This document shows positions 38,319 through 48,396 of a DNA stretch of 63,010 nucleotides, piece by piece. Position numbers and translations under genes: made by a program. The number at the start of each line of letters is the position of its first letter. Position 1 is the first letter of the stretch. The notes under the pieces were generated by a model. It searched no databases. It saw only the letters and a program-made list of their open reading frames with translations, and was not told where the DNA came from. Source of the DNA: Gaiellales bacterium (GTDB taxonomy: Bacteria; Actinomycetota; Thermoleophilia; RBG-16-64-13); assembly GCA_012719395.1 (NCBI GenBank), contig JAAYAL010000081.1:1-63010 (forward strand), in the 5' to 3' direction.

Positions 38319-39791
38319 TCAGAGATTCATCAGCGCCCAAAGGAGTGCCGCCACCTCACCGCGTGTTGCGGGCGCCCATGGATCCCAATCCAATCCCACG
38401 TTGTAGAGTCCGGCCAGAAGGCCGTTGTGCTCGGCGATCTTCAGGTTGGTGTCATGGAGGCCAAGCCCGGTGAGAGCTACGGAGGGAGCGAACCCAACAG
38501 GAGGCGTGTCCAAGGCGTTGGGCTTCAAGGACTGGGCCGCTCGAATCACCATGGTGATCAACTGTGCGCGGCTGATGCTATCCCAGGGAGCGTAGCGGCC
38601 GGGCGCCACGCCTTGGGCGATACCGGCGCCGGCGGCTGCAGCGATGAACTGATGCGGATAGTGGGTGGAGGGATCATCGGCGCCCAGGTCTGAGAAGGAG
38701 CAGCCCTGACCCTCGCTCACCTCTATGCCCATGGCGCCACATATCATCTTCGCAAACTGCGCCCGATTGACCTCTTGCTCTATGCGGAATTCCCAGCCGT
38801 CCGCCACTTGGTAGCCGTCAATGATACGAGCCTGCTTCATTCCGTCGACTGCGGGGAAATAAGGGTGGGTGCTCGGCACGTCGACGAAGCCGTTCTCCGC
38901 GGGAGGGACGCTGGTCATCTGGGCAGCGGTCTGGTTGATGACCGTCACAGAAATGGCCATGGTGTTGGTGTTGCCCGCCGCATCGAACGCGGTGGCCCTA
39001 AGAGTGTAGGCGCCGTCGGGGCACTTGGTAGTGTCCCAGACGAACTGGTAGGGAACATCGATATCCGAGGCGGTCAGTGTATCGTTGATGGTCAGCTCTG
39101 TACGAGTGACGCCCACATTGTCAGACGCGGTGAGATCGATCACCACGTTCTCCCCGCTCACGGTGGCTCCGGTGGAGGGGCTGGTGATGCTGACAACCGG
39201 ACGCTGCGTGTCGCGCGGCTGCTGCTCGGTCCGAGCGGAGGCATCGATGTAGCCTCCGAAATCAGTGGTCCAGTAGGTGCCGTAGGCCGATCCTGACACT
39301 GTCAACATCGAGATGCCGATCACTCTGAATTCGGAGTTGAGCATGTTGGCGTTGTGACCGGGAGAGTTTCTCCACCCTTCAAACACGGCCTGCGCCGTGG
39401 CAAAACCTGCAGCTATGTTCTCGCCCTTTGTCGTGGAGTAGTCATAGCCTGAGGCCGCCATACGGTCCCATGGCGCACTTCCCGGGGCAAAGAAGTCCGA
39501 CTGGACGGTGTAGTGTGAGAAGAAGCCGTAGGCGCCCATGTCCGAGTTGTGGCGTCCGCAGGCTTCGCTGATTGTGCTGCTCAGCATCAACTCGCCAAGC
39601 CCGTTTTGCCGGCGATAGTCATTGATCAAGCCGAGGAAGGCAAGCTCCTGGGTGTTGAAGGCGTGGGCCGTGGCCGGTAGGCAGAGCGAGCCGATGATGG
39701 TCATGACGAGGAGCACGGCCACCGCGCCGACAAGCCTGCGCCGTCCGCTGCAGTATCTTGATGCTTGGTGCTCAGCGCCCCTTGCGACCAT
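38319..39791 (-). CDS. secreted CAP (SCP/PR-1)-domain protein with Big-like domain and C-terminal SLH domains
   Basis: Signal peptide, CAP domain (...GHNANML..), Ig-like segment, and C-terminal S-layer-homology repeats (FVDVPSTHPYFPAVDGM..., ...ISRAQLITMVIRA...). Start ATG at 39791 or 39830. Confidence 0.7.
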   Translation of the reverse strand: MVARGAEHQASRYCSGRRRLVGAVAVLLVMTIIGSLCLPATAHAFNTQELAFLGLINDYRRQNGLGELMLSSTISEACGRHNSDMGAYGFFSHYTVQSDFFAPGSAPWDRMAASGYDYSTTKGENIAAGFATAQAVFEGWRNSPGHNANMLNSEFRVIGISMLTVSGSAYGTYWTTDFGGYIDASARTEQQPRDTQRPVVSITSPSTGATVSGENVVIDLTASDNVGVTRTELTINDTLTASDIDVPYQFVWDTTKCPDGAYTLRATAFDAAGNTNTMAISVTVINQTAAQMTSVPPAENGFVDVPSTHPYFPAVDGMKQARIIDGYQVADGWEFRIEQEVNRAQFAKMICGAMGIEVSEGQGCSFSDLGADDPSTHYPHQFIAAAAGAGIAQGVAPGRYAPWDSISRAQLITMVIRAAQSLKPNALDTPPVGFAPSVALTGLGLHDTNLKIAEHNGLLAGLYNVGLDWDPWAPATRGEVAALLWALMNL

Positions 39792-39950
39792 TTGTGCGAC
39801 GCTCCCGTGCTGGCCCTGACAGTGATCCAATTGTGTCTCGTTGTTCCACTATAACGAAATAGAAGATCGGAAGTTGCGGAAAAGCTGCACGCTAACAGAA
39901 GGACGCAGACATGCGGGACGGCGGCAGAGCATTGGCAGTGGGCGGGTGGG

Positions 39951-39993
39951 GCAGGAGGGCGGGGGGAGGACCATCCTCCCCCCGCCCTCCTGC
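39951..39993. terminator. perfect 20-bp GC-rich stem with 3-nt loop between the CAP/SLH gene and ppiB
   Basis: GCAGGAGGGCGGGGGGAGGA-CCA-TCCTCCCCCCGCCCTCCTGC. It lies downstream of minus-strand ppiB and is likely its terminator; no U-tract. Confidence 0.45.
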
Positions 39994-40209
39994 TAAGTGA
40001 GGTTGCGCATGCGCAGAGCCGACCAGGTGGCACCGACGGCTATGTTGGACACGGAACCCATGCCGATGGCCTGCGAAGACTCCACATAGTGTCTCGGTTG
40101 AGGTCGTGCCCTGCAGCCGCTGCGGCGCGGGTTCGGCCAGAGACAAGGCGGACATCCCGTGGGAACATCAGGATGACATTGATGCCCCGAGGAGGCATAA
40201 CCGGCTGCT

Positions 40210-40722
40210 CTACTCGGTGATGGCAGCGCTTTCAATCACAACCGGCTCGCGCGGCACGTTCTCATGCATGCCGGAGCGACCGGTGGGCACCTGGACGATG
40301 CTGTCGACGACGTCCATGCCCGCCACCACTCTGCCGAAGACTGCATAGCCCCAGCCCGATGCGTTCTTGGCCGTGTGGTTGAGGAAGTCGTTATCGGCTA
40401 CGTTGATGAAGAACTGACCGGTGGCGCTGTGTGGGTCAGCGGTACGGGCCATGGCGATGGTGCCGCGCTCGTTCTTCCGGCCATTGTCGGCTTCATTGGC
40501 AATGGGGGCACGCGTCGGCATCTGACTCATGGCGGAGTCGAACCCTCCACCTTGGATCATGAAGCCCGGGATGACCCGGTGGAAGATGGACTGGTTGTAG
40601 TGACCCGAATGCACGTAGTCGATGAAGTTCTGCACCGTGACCGGCGCAACGTCTGAGAAGAGCTCCAGGGTGATGGCGCCCAAGGACGTGCTCAAGACCA
40701 CACGAGGGTTCTGTTCCGGCAT
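40210..40722 (-). CDS. ppiB: peptidyl-prolyl cis-trans isomerase, cyclophilin type
   Basis: [15 protein letters not shown]...[21 protein letters not shown] are cyclophilin signature motifs. Confidence 0.9.
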   Translation of the reverse strand: MPEQNPRVVLSTSLGAITLELFSDVAPVTVQNFIDYVHSGHYNQSIFHRVIPGFMIQGGGFDSAMSQMPTRAPIANEADNGRKNERGTIAMARTADPHSATGQFFINVADNDFLNHTAKNASGWGYAVFGRVVAGMDVVDSIVQVPTGRSGMHENVPREPVVIESAAITE

Positions 40723-40976
40723 GGATGTCCACCTTTCTTCAGGGTTGGATGCTTACCGTGAACGCCACCGTGCACGTGCGGACATCGTACCGCACATCCC
40801 GGCTCTGCCTTCCGGCGGCGTGACCGGCTCGGACAGCATGGGTGGTATTGTCTGGTAGGCTAAGGGGTATCTGAAGGAACACTGGGCGTCCGCCTGTCGT
40901 CAGGAGACTACAGGAACCAGCGACGGCGCGGCCGCGGGAGACACGTCTGCTGCCGGTCTTCGGGGAGGGGAGTGCG

Positions 40977-41924
40977 ATGAGACACGTTCTGATGCGAGGT
41001 AGTGGACGGAGAGTCATCGGCTGCTGCACGGCGGCTGCGCTTCTCTTTCTCCTGGCGTTTGTCGCCGGGTGCGGCAGCGTTCAGCCTGGGGAGGGGGAGT
41101 CGACTGATACCACTGTGATGGCCGCAACCTCGTCCACCGAGGTGCAGGCATCCTCCACCACGACGGTCGGAACGTCGACCACGGTGGACGGGGGTGACCA
41201 GAAGGAGCCCTTGGAGCTTTCGGTCTACTTGTGTGGACCTGACGAGAAGCTGTGGCCGGTGCATCGGGAAGTCCCGTACACCGCTGCCACGGGGAAGACG
41301 GCCATGGAAGCGCTGCTGGGCGGGCCCACCGCCGCCGAAGAGGAAGCCGGCCTCGGCAGCTGCATACCGGACGGGACTGCGTTCTTGGGTCTCGACATAG
41401 AGGATGGCATTGCCACGGTGGATCTGTCGCGCGAATACGCGTCTGGTGGAGGCAGCCTCTCCATGGGCCTACGACTGGCTCAGGTCATCTTCACGCTGAC
41501 CCAGTTTCCAGAGGTGACGGCCGTCCGTTTCCAGGTGGAGGGGGAGACGGTGGACACTTTCGGAGGAGAGGGAATCATCCTTGATGGGCCGGTAGGGCGC
41601 GTTGATTTCGAAGACAGTTCGCCGGCCATTCTGGTGGAGTCGCCGGCTCTGGGTGATACCATCACCAGCCCGGTACGCGTGCGGGGTTCAGCAAATGTGT
41701 ACGAGGCCACCTTCCAGCTCAACCTCGTGGATTGGGACGGCAAGATCATAGCGGAGGAGACGGTCACTGCTTCTTCGGGCACGGGCACGCGCGGCACCTT
41801 TGACGTCACGGTCCCGTTCTCCGTGGACATGGCCGGGCGGGGCGCTCTGATCGTCTTCGTCTACTCAGCCAAGGATGGGTCGCAGGTGAACGTGCGGGAG
41901 ATTCCGCTGACGATCCAGAAGTGA
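40977..41924 (+). CDS. GerMN-domain lipoprotein (sporulation/germination-like Gmad1/Gmad2 architecture)
   Basis: Lipobox LLAFVAGCGS, Ser/Thr-rich linker, GerMN-like region (LSVYLCGPDEKLWPVHREVP..ALLGGP..), and a C-terminal Ig-like domain. RBS GGGGAGGGGAG lies before the ATG. Confidence 0.65.
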   Translation: MRHVLMRGSGRRVIGCCTAAALLFLLAFVAGCGSVQPGEGESTDTTVMAATSSTEVQASSTTTVGTSTTVDGGDQKEPLELSVYLCGPDEKLWPVHREVPYTAATGKTAMEALLGGPTAAEEEAGLGSCIPDGTAFLGLDIEDGIATVDLSREYASGGGSLSMGLRLAQVIFTLTQFPEVTAVRFQVEGETVDTFGGEGIILDGPVGRVDFEDSSPAILVESPALGDTITSPVRVRGSANVYEATFQLNLVDWDGKIIAEETVTASSGTGTRGTFDVTVPFSVDMAGRGALIVFVYSAKDGSQVNVREIPLTIQK

Positions 41925-41990
41925 ACCACGGGCCGTCGCGCGGGCGTCGGCCGGAGGTGTGCCCTCCAAGGGCGGCGGGCCGGGGGCGGC

Positions 41991-43739
41991 TTAATCGCGA
42001 GAACGGGCGGAGAAGGCGGTCTCCGAGGCCGGGCTTCCCACCATGAGCAGGGTCATGCCTTTGCGGAGCACGGTGTCGGGTCCCACGCTCAGGTTCGGCC
42101 TTCCGTCTCCATCCTGCACGGCAATGACGGTGGCGCCGGTGAGGACGCGGATGTTGGACCAGCTCAGGGTGGCTCCCTCCAGGGCTCTGGGCACGATCCT
42201 CCAGAATATGTGAACACCTTCGGTCAGGAAGATGGTCTTGCGCCCCTCGATGACATTAGTCACGATGCTGGCTCCCACTGAGGAGTGGGACACAACGAAG
42301 TCGGCGCCGGCAGCGTAGAGCTCAGAGACGTTCTCCTCCCTGTTCGCTCTGGCCACGATGCGGATGTGGGGATTGAGTTGGCGACAGGCCAAGGTGAGGA
42401 ACACGTTGGTCCCGTCGTCGTTGGTGGTGATGATGAGGCCGTGCGCCCTGTCGATGCCGGCCTGCTGCAGCACGGCCTGCCGACTGGCATCGCCCTGCAC
42501 CACTTGGACCGGCGTTCCGACGTGTAGGTCGGGCATGTTCTCGCTGGTTACCGGCTGCTCGCCCTGCGCCCCCAGAGGTCTGATCTGCCGGAAGTCCCTA
42601 TCGACCACCACATGATCCACCGAGTTCCTGCCCAAGAAGCCGGCTGCCGCCCTTCCCACCGTGCCGTAACCGAGGATGATGATCAGGTCGCTCTCGGATG
42701 TCTCTCCCACCAGCCTCTCGAGTGTTTCCAGGTGCTTCTTGGTACCCGCCAGCATCAGTACCATGTCGTCCGTGATGAGTGTCTTTGCCTGAGGGAGGGA
42801 GAAGCGTCCTCGTTGCCAGATGCCGATGACCGATGCCCCGGTGGATTCGCGGATCCCGGTTTCGCTGAGCAACTGCCCGCTGAAGCGTGTGCCGTGAGCC
42901 GGTATCTCGGCGAAGAGGAGCTCTCCCAACGAGTCCACCACGTGGGACATGGCGCCACGGGTGGTGGCACGCACCGCCAGGTAGCCGGCCAGGATCTCCC
43001 GCAAGGCAACCACCTGATCCGCGCCGGCCACCTTCATGAGGTCTGTTCGCTCCGGTTCAGTGGTGACCGCCACGATTGCGGTAGGGCACACGGAGCGAAC
43101 GGTGAGGACGAGGTTCGCATTATCGGTGTCACTCATATTGGCGATCAGGAAGGAGGCCTGCGCGACCCTTGCCCGTACCAGGACCTCGGCGTCCGTGGGG
43201 ATCCCATAGATGACCGAGACGCCTTCTTCTTCCAGCCGGACGACGCTGTTGTAGTCGCTCTCGATCAACACGTAGCCGTGCCCTGCCGCACGCAGGTTGG
43301 CGGCCACCGTCCGTGTCACTGGATCCCACCCGCAAATCACGACGTGGCCGCGAGTGTCTTCCGGTATCTGCAATGGTGGTCGGTAGCGCAGACGCTCCTC
43401 CAGGTAAGGCCCGAAGAACATGCTGATGAGCCAGAAGGGCAGGAGGATCAGCAGGAACAGCACGCCGGACATGGTGACAATCATGGAGAAGAGCCGTCCG
43501 CCATCGGAGTGGAAGGTGATGTCACCAAAGCCAAGAGTGCTCATGGCGGTGATGGTCCAGTAGATGCTGGAGGTGAGCGAGTAATCCCGTCCCTCCAGGG
43601 TCAGCATCAGGTGGCGGAAAAGGAAGGCAAAGCCCAGGATCAGACCCGTCACGAACGCCACGTACAAGAGGAGGAAGCGGAGGTTTCGTCGAGCACGACC
43701 CCTGAAGAAATATGCAAGCTCGGCAGCCAGTGTTTTCAT
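41991..43739 (-). CDS. potassium channel protein with two RCK (TrkA-N/TrkA-C) gating domains
   Basis: Two TM helices with pore helix and filter TLGFGDI, then tandem RCK domains (VICGWDPVTRTV.., IILGYGTVGRAA..). Start set at ATG 43739; the ORF extension to 44084 overlaps marR and is rejected. Confidence 0.75.
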   Translation of the reverse strand: MKTLAAELAYFFRGRARRNLRFLLLYVAFVTGLILGFAFLFRHLMLTLEGRDYSLTSSIYWTITAMSTLGFGDITFHSDGGRLFSMIVTMSGVLFLLILLPFWLISMFFGPYLEERLRYRPPLQIPEDTRGHVVICGWDPVTRTVAANLRAAGHGYVLIESDYNSVVRLEEEGVSVIYGIPTDAEVLVRARVAQASFLIANMSDTDNANLVLTVRSVCPTAIVAVTTEPERTDLMKVAGADQVVALREILAGYLAVRATTRGAMSHVVDSLGELLFAEIPAHGTRFSGQLLSETGIRESTGASVIGIWQRGRFSLPQAKTLITDDMVLMLAGTKKHLETLERLVGETSESDLIIILGYGTVGRAAAGFLGRNSVDHVVVDRDFRQIRPLGAQGEQPVTSENMPDLHVGTPVQVVQGDASRQAVLQQAGIDRAHGLIITTNDDGTNVFLTLACRQLNPHIRIVARANREENVSELYAAGADFVVSHSSVGASIVTNVIEGRKTIFLTEGVHIFWRIVPRALEGATLSWSNIRVLTGATVIAVQDGDGRPNLSVGPDTVLRKGMTLLMVGSPASETAFSARSRD

Positions 43740-43865
43740 ACCGTGAGAGTACTTGATATGGCTGTCGTCTGGGGGCTTGACAGTGTCGTTCTCCAACTCT
43801 ACACTTCCGCGCGGAATGGTTTTGTCCAGAACTATCTTTGGGGATCCGCTCGTCGTGAGACTGAC

Positions 43866-44399
43866 ATGATGCACGAACCTGATATGCCCCCTCGTCGGCT
43901 GGAAGGGCTGGACCCCTTGTCTGCCGGGGTCTTCCTTGCCTTTCGAAGGGCCTTCGTGCTGCAGCGGCGGCTGGTCTCCAAGGCTTTCGCGGAGAGGGGC
44001 ATACATCCCAGCGAGGCTATGTGCGTACGTGTGCTTGCGGACCGCAACGGCATCAGCCAGCGGGACCTGGCAGACAGCCTGCACTTGTCGCGGCCCCGCG
44101 TGACTGCCATCCTACAGGCGTTGGAGCGGTCAGGGGCAGTGGCGCGGCAGCCCGATTACGACGACCAGCGCCTGACCAGGGTCTTCCTGACGCAGCATGG
44201 GCGGGTATTGTCCGGCGAATTGCAGGGGGTATTCGCTTCGTGCCTGGGCACTACCATCGGTTCCCTGTCCGAAGAAGACCGTAGGGAGCTCATCCGGCTG
44301 TTGGAAATCATGGCCGATAGTACCAAGGGCAGCCTCCATGAGACGGAAGCGGGAGAACCGGAGCGTCACGACACGGCAGCGAAGGCGCCAACGCCATGA
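43866..44399 (+). CDS. MarR family transcriptional regulator
   Basis: Winged HTH ...ISQRDLADSLHLSRPRVTAILQALERSGAVARQPDYDDQRLTRVFLT.... Stop overlaps the ABC exporter ATG. Confidence 0.8.
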   Translation: MMHEPDMPPRRLEGLDPLSAGVFLAFRRAFVLQRRLVSKAFAERGIHPSEAMCVRVLADRNGISQRDLADSLHLSRPRVTAILQALERSGAVARQPDYDDQRLTRVFLTQHGRVLSGELQGVFASCLGTTIGSLSEEDRRELIRLLEIMADSTKGSLHETEAGEPERHDTAAKAPTP

Positions 44400-46135
44400 T
44401 GCGCATGTTGCTGGAATACGTGCGTCCCTACAGGGCCCAAGCCTTTGTTGTGGTGCTGCTCGTCTTTGTGCAGGCACTGGCCAACCTCTATCTCCCGGAA
44501 CTGAACGCTGAGATCATCAACAACGGCGTGGCCATGGGCGACATTGCCTATATCTGGCGCGCCGGCGGCATCATGCTGGCCGTGGCCTCTGGGGTTGGTG
44601 TGTGCGCCATCGGCGCCGTCTACTGGGGTGCCAAGGTGGCCATGCGGGTGGGGAGGGACATGCGTGGGGATCTCTTCCGCAAGGTACAGAGCTTCGCGCA
44701 GCTGGAAGTCAACCAGTTTGGCACGCCTTCGCTTGTCACGCGCAACACCAACGACGTGCAGCAGGTGCAGATGCTGGTGGTCATCGGCCTCAACATGATG
44801 GTCATGGCTCCCATCATGGCCGTGGGAGGGGTCCTCATGGCTCTGCGCCAGGACGTTCCTCTGTCCGCCCTGCTGGCTGTCATCCTCCCGGTCATGGGAG
44901 TGGTCATATACGTCATGATCAGGAAGGCGGTGCCGCTCTTCCAATCCATGCAGACCAAGCTGGACCGCATCAATCAGGTGTTGCGGGAGAAGCTTTCCGG
45001 TGTGCGGGTCATTCGGGCCTTCGTGCGCACGCAGTTTGAGGAGCAACGCTTCGACGAGGCCAACGTGGACCTCATGCAGGTGGGCCTCAAAGTCCAACGC
45101 CTCTTCGCCATCATGATGCCCAGCATCTTTCTCATCTTCAATCTCTCCACCGTCGCCATCATGTACTTCGGAGGGCGGCGCGTCGGCTCGGGTGAAATGC
45201 CTATCGGCAACCTCACTGCCTTCATCGCCTACGTGATGCAGATCCTTATGTCCGTGATGATGGCCACCATGATGATGGCCATGGTCCCGCGGGCGTCCGC
45301 CTCTGCGGAACGGATCAGGCAGGTGCTGGACGTAGTGCCCGGTATCGCGGACCCGGAGGTCCCTCGTCTACCGCAACCCCCCACTCGTACGCGCGGTGTC
45401 GTGGAGTTCAAGAACGTGGAATTCCGGTACCCAGGCGCGGAGGACCCCGTCTTACACGGCATCTCCTTCGTGGCGATGCCGGGGAGGACCACGGCCATCG
45501 TGGGCGGCACAGGAAGCGGCAAGTCCACTCTCATCAACCTCATCCCCCGCTTCTATGACGTGACGGGCGGCAGTATCGAGATCGATGGTGTGGGCATCCG
45601 GGAAATGGAGCGCGCGGACCTGTGGCGTCGCATCGGGTTTGTCCCGCAGAAGGCGTTCCTGTTCTCGGGCACGGTGGCCGGCAACCTGCGCTACGGGGAT
45701 GAGGACGCTTCCGAGGAAGACCTCTGGCACGCGCTGGAGGTGGCCCAAGGCAAGGATTTCGTGGCGGAGATGCCCGACGGGTTGGAGGCCGAGATAACCC
45801 AGGGAGGCACCAATGTCTCTGGAGGCCAACGCCAGCGGTTGGCCATCGCTCGGGCGGTGGTGAAGAGGCCGGAGATCTACGTGCTTGACGACAGCTTCTC
45901 CGCCCTGGATTTCAAGACGGATTCGTTGCTGCGGGCCGCCCTCAAACGGGAGACGGTGAACGCGACCGTGTTCATCGTGGCGCAGCGGGTCAGCACCATC
46001 ATGCATGCCGACAGCATCATCGTGCTGGACCAGGGGACCATGGCGGGCATGGGAACCCACGATGAGCTGATGCAGACCTGTGAGACGTATCGGGAGATCG
46101 TCTATTCGCAGCTGACGGCGGAGGAGGTGGCGTGA
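44396..46135 (+). CDS. ABC exporter, fused permease/ATP-binding protein (heterodimer partner 1)
   Basis: Six TM helices, then Walker A GGTGSGKST, signature VSGGQRQR, and Walker B IYVLDDSFSALD. Confidence 0.85.
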   Translation: MMRMLLEYVRPYRAQAFVVVLLVFVQALANLYLPELNAEIINNGVAMGDIAYIWRAGGIMLAVASGVGVCAIGAVYWGAKVAMRVGRDMRGDLFRKVQSFAQLEVNQFGTPSLVTRNTNDVQQVQMLVVIGLNMMVMAPIMAVGGVLMALRQDVPLSALLAVILPVMGVVIYVMIRKAVPLFQSMQTKLDRINQVLREKLSGVRVIRAFVRTQFEEQRFDEANVDLMQVGLKVQRLFAIMMPSIFLIFNLSTVAIMYFGGRRVGSGEMPIGNLTAFIAYVMQILMSVMMATMMMAMVPRASASAERIRQVLDVVPGIADPEVPRLPQPPTRTRGVVEFKNVEFRYPGAEDPVLHGISFVAMPGRTTAIVGGTGSGKSTLINLIPRFYDVTGGSIEIDGVGIREMERADLWRRIGFVPQKAFLFSGTVAGNLRYGDEDASEEDLWHALEVAQGKDFVAEMPDGLEAEITQGGTNVSGGQRQRLAIARAVVKRPEIYVLDDSFSALDFKTDSLLRAALKRETVNATVFIVAQRVSTIMHADSIIVLDQGTMAGMGTHDELMQTCETYREIVYSQLTAEEVA

Positions 46136-48120
46136 GCGCGCGCGCGCGCAATGGCGCGTCGACACCGGAAGGTCCGCGCGGCCGCCGCCGGCCTCCCCAC
46201 GGGCCGGGCTTCGGCCCTCCAGGCCTGGTCGGCTCCGGGGAGAAGTCGCGGGACTTCAAGGCATCCTTCGAGAGACTTCTGAAGAGGCTGCGTCCGGAGC
46301 GAGTGGGGATCGGCGCCACTGTGGCGCTGGCTGTCTGCAGTGTCGCACTCACCATTCTGGGACCCAAGATCATGGCGCGGGCCACGAACCTGATATTCGA
46401 GGGCTTCATTGGGCGCCGCATCCCCGCCGGAGTGACCAAGGAGCAGGCGGTTGCCATGCTCCAGGCGAACGGCCAAGATCGGTTGGCCGCAATGCTTTCC
46501 TCCATGAATGTCATTCCCGGCCAGGGCATAGATTTTGGCGCGGTGGGGCGGATTCTCGCCATAGTGGCGGCCATATATGCAGTCAGCGCATTGTTTGGCT
46601 GGCTGCAGGGCTACGTCATGGCGGGCGTGGTGCAACGCGTCGTGTACCGCTTGCGCAAAGACGTGGACGAGAAGCTTGCCCGTCTTCCACTCAAGTACTT
46701 TGACGGGCACGCCCGCGGCGACATACTGAGCCGAGTCACCAACGACATTGACAACATCACCAACACGCTTCAGCAGACGCTGACGCAGATCATCACCTCG
46801 GTCTTCACCCTGATAGGCGTCATCATCATGATGTTCTGGATCAGCCCGCTACTGGCGCTGATCTCGCTGATCACCATCCCCATCTCTGTCTTGGTGACCA
46901 TGCTGATAGCCAGGCGCTCGCAGCGACAGTTTGCCCTGCAGTGGGAGAGCACCGGAACCCTCAACGGGCACGTGGAAGAGATGTACACCGGTCACAGTAT
47001 CGTGAAGGTATTCGGGCGGCAGAAAGAAGCCATCGCCGTCTTCGACAAGGAGAACGAGGAGCTCTACCATTCCAGTTTCAGAGCTCAGTTCATCTCCGGT
47101 ATCATCATGCCGTCCATGATGTTCATCGGTAATCTCAACTACGTGGCCATCTGTGTGCTCGGCGGGCTCCGTGTGGCCGGAGGCACCCTCTCTCTTGGTG
47201 ATGTTCAAGCCTTCATCCAGTACTCCCGGCAGTTCACGCAGCCCATCACTCAGGTGGCGAGCGTGGCCAATGTGCTGCAGTCGGCGGTGGCCTCGGCGGA
47301 GCGCGTGTTCGAGCTCTTGGATGAAGCCGAGGAAGCGCCGGACACAGCCCACTCGGTGGTACCAGCTGAGCCGGAGGGCCGGATCAGCTTCAAGCATGTC
47401 TCTTTCCGCTATCTGCCGGATGCGCCGCTCATCGAGGATCTGAATCTTGAGGTGGAGCCGGGGCACACCGTGGCTATTGTGGGTCCCACCGGGGCGGGCA
47501 AGACCACGCTGGTGAACCTGCTGATGCGTTTCTACGAGATTGACTCCGGCAGCATCTCGGTGGACGGTGTCGATATCCGCGATATGAAGCGAGACGACTT
47601 GCGGCGCATGTTCGGCATGGTGCTGCAGGATTCCTGGCTCTTCGGCGGCACTATCCGCGAGAACATCGCGTATGGTCGTGAAGGTGCCACGGAGGCAGAG
47701 ATCACGGCGGCGGCGGAGGCGGCGCACGTGGACCACTTGGTACGCACTCTGTGCGCTGGGTACAACACCTGCCTGAATGACGACTCCACCAACGTCTCCC
47801 AGGGTGAGCAGCAGCTGCTCACCATCGCCAGGGCCTTCCTGGCCGATCCGGAGATTCTCATCCTGGACGAAGCCACCAGTTCCGTGGATACCCGGACGGA
47901 GGTGTTGATCCAGAAAGCCATGGCGAAGCTGCTGCACAACCGCACCAGCTTCGTGATAGCCCATCGGCTGTCCACCATCAAGGACGCAGACACCATCTTG
48001 GTCATGAACGAGGGCAGCATTGTGGAACAGGGGACGCACGAGGAGCTATTGGCCCGCGGCGGCTTCTACGCGGAACTGTACAACAGCCAGTTCGTGGAGC
48101 CTTTGGTGGAGGCAGCCTAG
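46132..48120 (+). CDS. ABC exporter, fused permease/ATP-binding protein (heterodimer partner 2)
   Basis: TM domain, then GPTGAGKTT, VSQGEQQLL and ILILDEATSSVD. Overlaps the upstream gene by 4 nt. Confidence 0.85.
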   Translation: MSARARNGASTPEGPRGRRRPPHGPGFGPPGLVGSGEKSRDFKASFERLLKRLRPERVGIGATVALAVCSVALTILGPKIMARATNLIFEGFIGRRIPAGVTKEQAVAMLQANGQDRLAAMLSSMNVIPGQGIDFGAVGRILAIVAAIYAVSALFGWLQGYVMAGVVQRVVYRLRKDVDEKLARLPLKYFDGHARGDILSRVTNDIDNITNTLQQTLTQIITSVFTLIGVIIMMFWISPLLALISLITIPISVLVTMLIARRSQRQFALQWESTGTLNGHVEEMYTGHSIVKVFGRQKEAIAVFDKENEELYHSSFRAQFISGIIMPSMMFIGNLNYVAICVLGGLRVAGGTLSLGDVQAFIQYSRQFTQPITQVASVANVLQSAVASAERVFELLDEAEEAPDTAHSVVPAEPEGRISFKHVSFRYLPDAPLIEDLNLEVEPGHTVAIVGPTGAGKTTLVNLLMRFYEIDSGSISVDGVDIRDMKRDDLRRMFGMVLQDSWLFGGTIRENIAYGREGATEAEITAAAEAAHVDHLVRTLCAGYNTCLNDDSTNVSQGEQQLLTIARAFLADPEILILDEATSSVDTRTEVLIQKAMAKLLHNRTSFVIAHRLSTIKDADTILVMNEGSIVEQGTHEELLARGGFYAELYNSQFVEPLVEAA

Positions 48121-48396
48121 CAAACGGGTCGGTCACGGGATGCGTCCAAGGGAGGCGATGGTGGAGAGCACGACTCCGGCGCCTCAGGCCCGCCTTCATG
48201 CGCCTATTCCGGGACGACCTCCGGCTTTCCCTCGGCCACATGGTCCAGGTAGGGCAGGAGGAAGGGAAGCCCGATGGCCGTGACCACCATGCTGCCGGAC
48301 AGGATACCAGTACGCGCTCCACAAATGCTTCCACAGGCGGGCGGGTGCGAACGATTTCGCGGGTGACCGCGCCCCGGCGACGTTCCTCTCACCCGG

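Noticed and set aside
42612-43865. N-terminal 418 codons of the 595-aa plus-strand ORF that ends as marR
   Set aside because: Only the last 177 codons (from ATG 43866) look like a MarR protein. The upstream part is antisense to the K+ channel gene and is compositionally junk.
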